Shown: positions 63,252-64,000 of the stretch, one piece after another
How the letters are laid out: the number at the start of each line of letters is the position of its first letter
How positions within the stretch are numbered: the first letter of the stretch is position 1
NCBI GenBank assembly: GCA_965246885.1
Contig: OZ251992.1
Coordinates: 2,048,001 to 2,112,000, forward strand
Reading direction: 5' to 3'
From: Abditibacterium sp.
Lineage (GTDB): Bacteria; Armatimonadota; Abditibacteriia; Abditibacteriales; Abditibacteriaceae
Length of the DNA: 64,000 nt
Notes under the pieces: generated by a model
The model's database searches: none
Told to the model about the DNA's origin: nothing
The model's input: the letters and a program-made list of their open reading frames with translations, nothing else
Made by a program: the position numbers and the translations under genes

Positions 63252-64000
63252 ATGCCCCTTCGCTCTCTTCAACGCGACGTGTTCGCGTTTTTTTTGTGCT
63301 TCGCTTCGCTGTTCGGGAAGGTAAGTGCCCAAACTGCGCCACCGCCGCCCGCCGTCGTCGTGCCCGTTTCGCCCGTTGTTTCCGGCAATGCCACTGGCGT
63401 GAACGGGGTGCCCAACACAAGCGGAGCGGTGTCTGTCATTACGTCGCCGACCCCGGCAGGGGGAAGAACTAACCCGGCGAACGGAAGAATTAACCCGGCC
63501 AACGCTTCACCGGCCCCGGCCAAACGTTCACCGACCCCGGCCAACGCTTCGCCGACCCCGGCCAACGCTTCGCCGACCCCGGCCAACGCTTCGCCGACCC
63601 CAGCGCCCACCAAAACGCCGTTGCCGTTATTTCCACCGCGCGGGACGCTCGAAGTGACCGGAACTGCCGAGTCGCTTTCGGTCTTTGCAGTCAGCGTGGA
63701 CGCGCCGGAGTTGCTCACCACCATCGCGGCGCGCGCGGGCCTCAAGTTGGTGGTGGACGACACCGTATCGCGGCGCATCACCATCCAAATGAAGAACCGC
63801 CCCGCACGCGAGATCATCGCCACCATCGCGGGTGCCTATGGCCTCGCGGCGGCGGATGTGGATGGCGTCACGCTCGTATCAGAAGGTATTCCGCGCTCGC
63901 CTTCCAGCTACCTGTTGAGTGATATAGACCAAATCTCGACGAAGTATGTGGATGCCAACAACGCGCGCAACTTGTTGCCGGTGTTCTTGCAAGACTACGT
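63252..64000 (+). CDS. Secretin-like (type II secretion/type IV pilus) outer-membrane protein, N-terminal part; runs off window end
   Basis: Manual translation from ATG 63252: signal peptide, Pro/Ala repeats, then an STN-like domain (VD..ELL..IA.RAGL.LVVDD.V...IT.......EII..IA..YGL) and an N-domain-like KYVDA...NLLP. Confidence 0.6.
   Translation, partial: MPLRSLQRDVFAFFLCFASLFGKVSAQTAPPPPAVVVPVSPVVSGNATGVNGVPNTSGAVSVITSPTPAGGRTNPANGRINPANASPAPAKRSPTPANASPTPANASPTPANASPTPAPTKTPLPLFPPRGTLEVTGTAESLSVFAVSVDAPELLTTIAARAGLKLVVDDTVSRRITIQMKNRPAREIIATIAGAYGLAAADVDGVTLVSEGIPRSPSSYLLSDIDQISTKYVDANNARNLLPVFLQDY
63462..63603 (+). repeat. In-frame 21-bp tandem repeat encoding SPTPANA
   Basis: CCCCGGCCAACGCTTCGCCGA x3 plus degenerate units within the secretin-like CDS. 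Confidence 0.85.

Overview
High-GC bacterial chromosome window. Gene content and style suggest Armatimonadota/Abditibacteriota, but that is inference. It is mostly housekeeping: aroQ, pilT, phoH-HD-ybeY, a tRNA-Thr/Tyr/Thr/Trp-secE-nusG-rplKAJL block, secY-adk-infA-rpmJ-rpsMKD-rpoA-rplQ-truA-rplM-rpsI, ffh, a TrmH-family gene and a partial secretin. Accessory features worth attention: (1) a five-gene minus-strand cluster (55334-61817) of exported proteins around a small Cys-rich secreted protein, with two apparently catalytically dead C39-like + DUF1573 proteins (one fused to a peroxiredoxin-like domain) and a low-GC central segment whose borders fall inside genes; (2) a multi-CxxC HNH endonuclease inside the tRNA operon where tRNA-Gly usually sits; (3) a perfect 41-bp inverted copy of the core of tRNA-Gly(CCC) next to that tRNA; (4) a dispersed family of 21-bp-period tandem repeats, intergenic and in-frame within genes; (5) a BrnT toxin stub plus intact antitoxin in the phoH operon; (6) an ExbB-ExbD pair with a TonB-like protein ending in a vWA domain; (7) REP-like palindromes. 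No CRISPR array, rRNA, transposase or integrase was recognised. Family assignments come from motif recognition by eye, not database searches.
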